DNA of 64,000 bases from Octopus sinensis (taxonomy: Eukaryota), in assembly GCF_006345805.1 (NCBI RefSeq), contig NC_043005.1, positions 29,636,001 through 29,700,000 on the forward strand. Reading direction: 5' to 3'. Below the pieces are notes generated by a model that was not told the origin of the DNA, did no database searches, and worked only from the letters and a program-made list of their open reading frames with translations. Both the position numbers and the translations under genes were made by a program. Shown here one piece after another: positions 63,952-64,000 of this stretch. Position 1 is the first letter of the stretch; every line of letters begins with the position of its first letter.

Positions 63952-64000
63952 AACACATACACACATATATATACATATAAGTACAGTCTTTGTGATATGG

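Overview
AT-rich, repeat-saturated eukaryotic DNA. The repeat landscape (tRNA-derived SINEs, RTE tails ending in (GAT)n, dense TA/CA/AAT/CAT microsatellites) resembles an Octopus (coleoid cephalopod) intron or intergenic region; this organism call is from recall, not a search. I find no host protein-coding exon. Almost all long ORFs in the track are microsatellite artefacts or transposon remnants. Identifiable content: a nearly intact 5'-truncated CR1-type LINE ORF2 (25.25-27.9 kb), several RTE LINE fragments, three different R4/Dong-like restriction-like-endonuclease (RLE) LINE ends that all abut AAT repeats, a decayed Penelope-like element (PLE) with a GIY-YIG domain, three mariner remnants (one folded back into ~250-280 bp inverted arms), hAT/piggyBac-like MITEs and dozens of SINEs. 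Most interesting observations: (1) a ~300 bp repeat combining a tRNA-like Pol III head, an (AAT)n linker and a minimal hammerhead-ribozyme fold, found at three loci, one with an inverted 5' copy and a 13-bp TSD; (2) a second, unrelated hammerhead-like fold in a long palindrome; (3) a candidate recursive-splice site (polypyrimidine-CAG|GTAAGT) with a 72-nt stop-containing exon at 22.74 kb; (4) repeated fold-back copies of target DNA at the 5' junctions of retro-insertions. All alignments, folds and coordinates were read by eye, and element boundaries are approximate.
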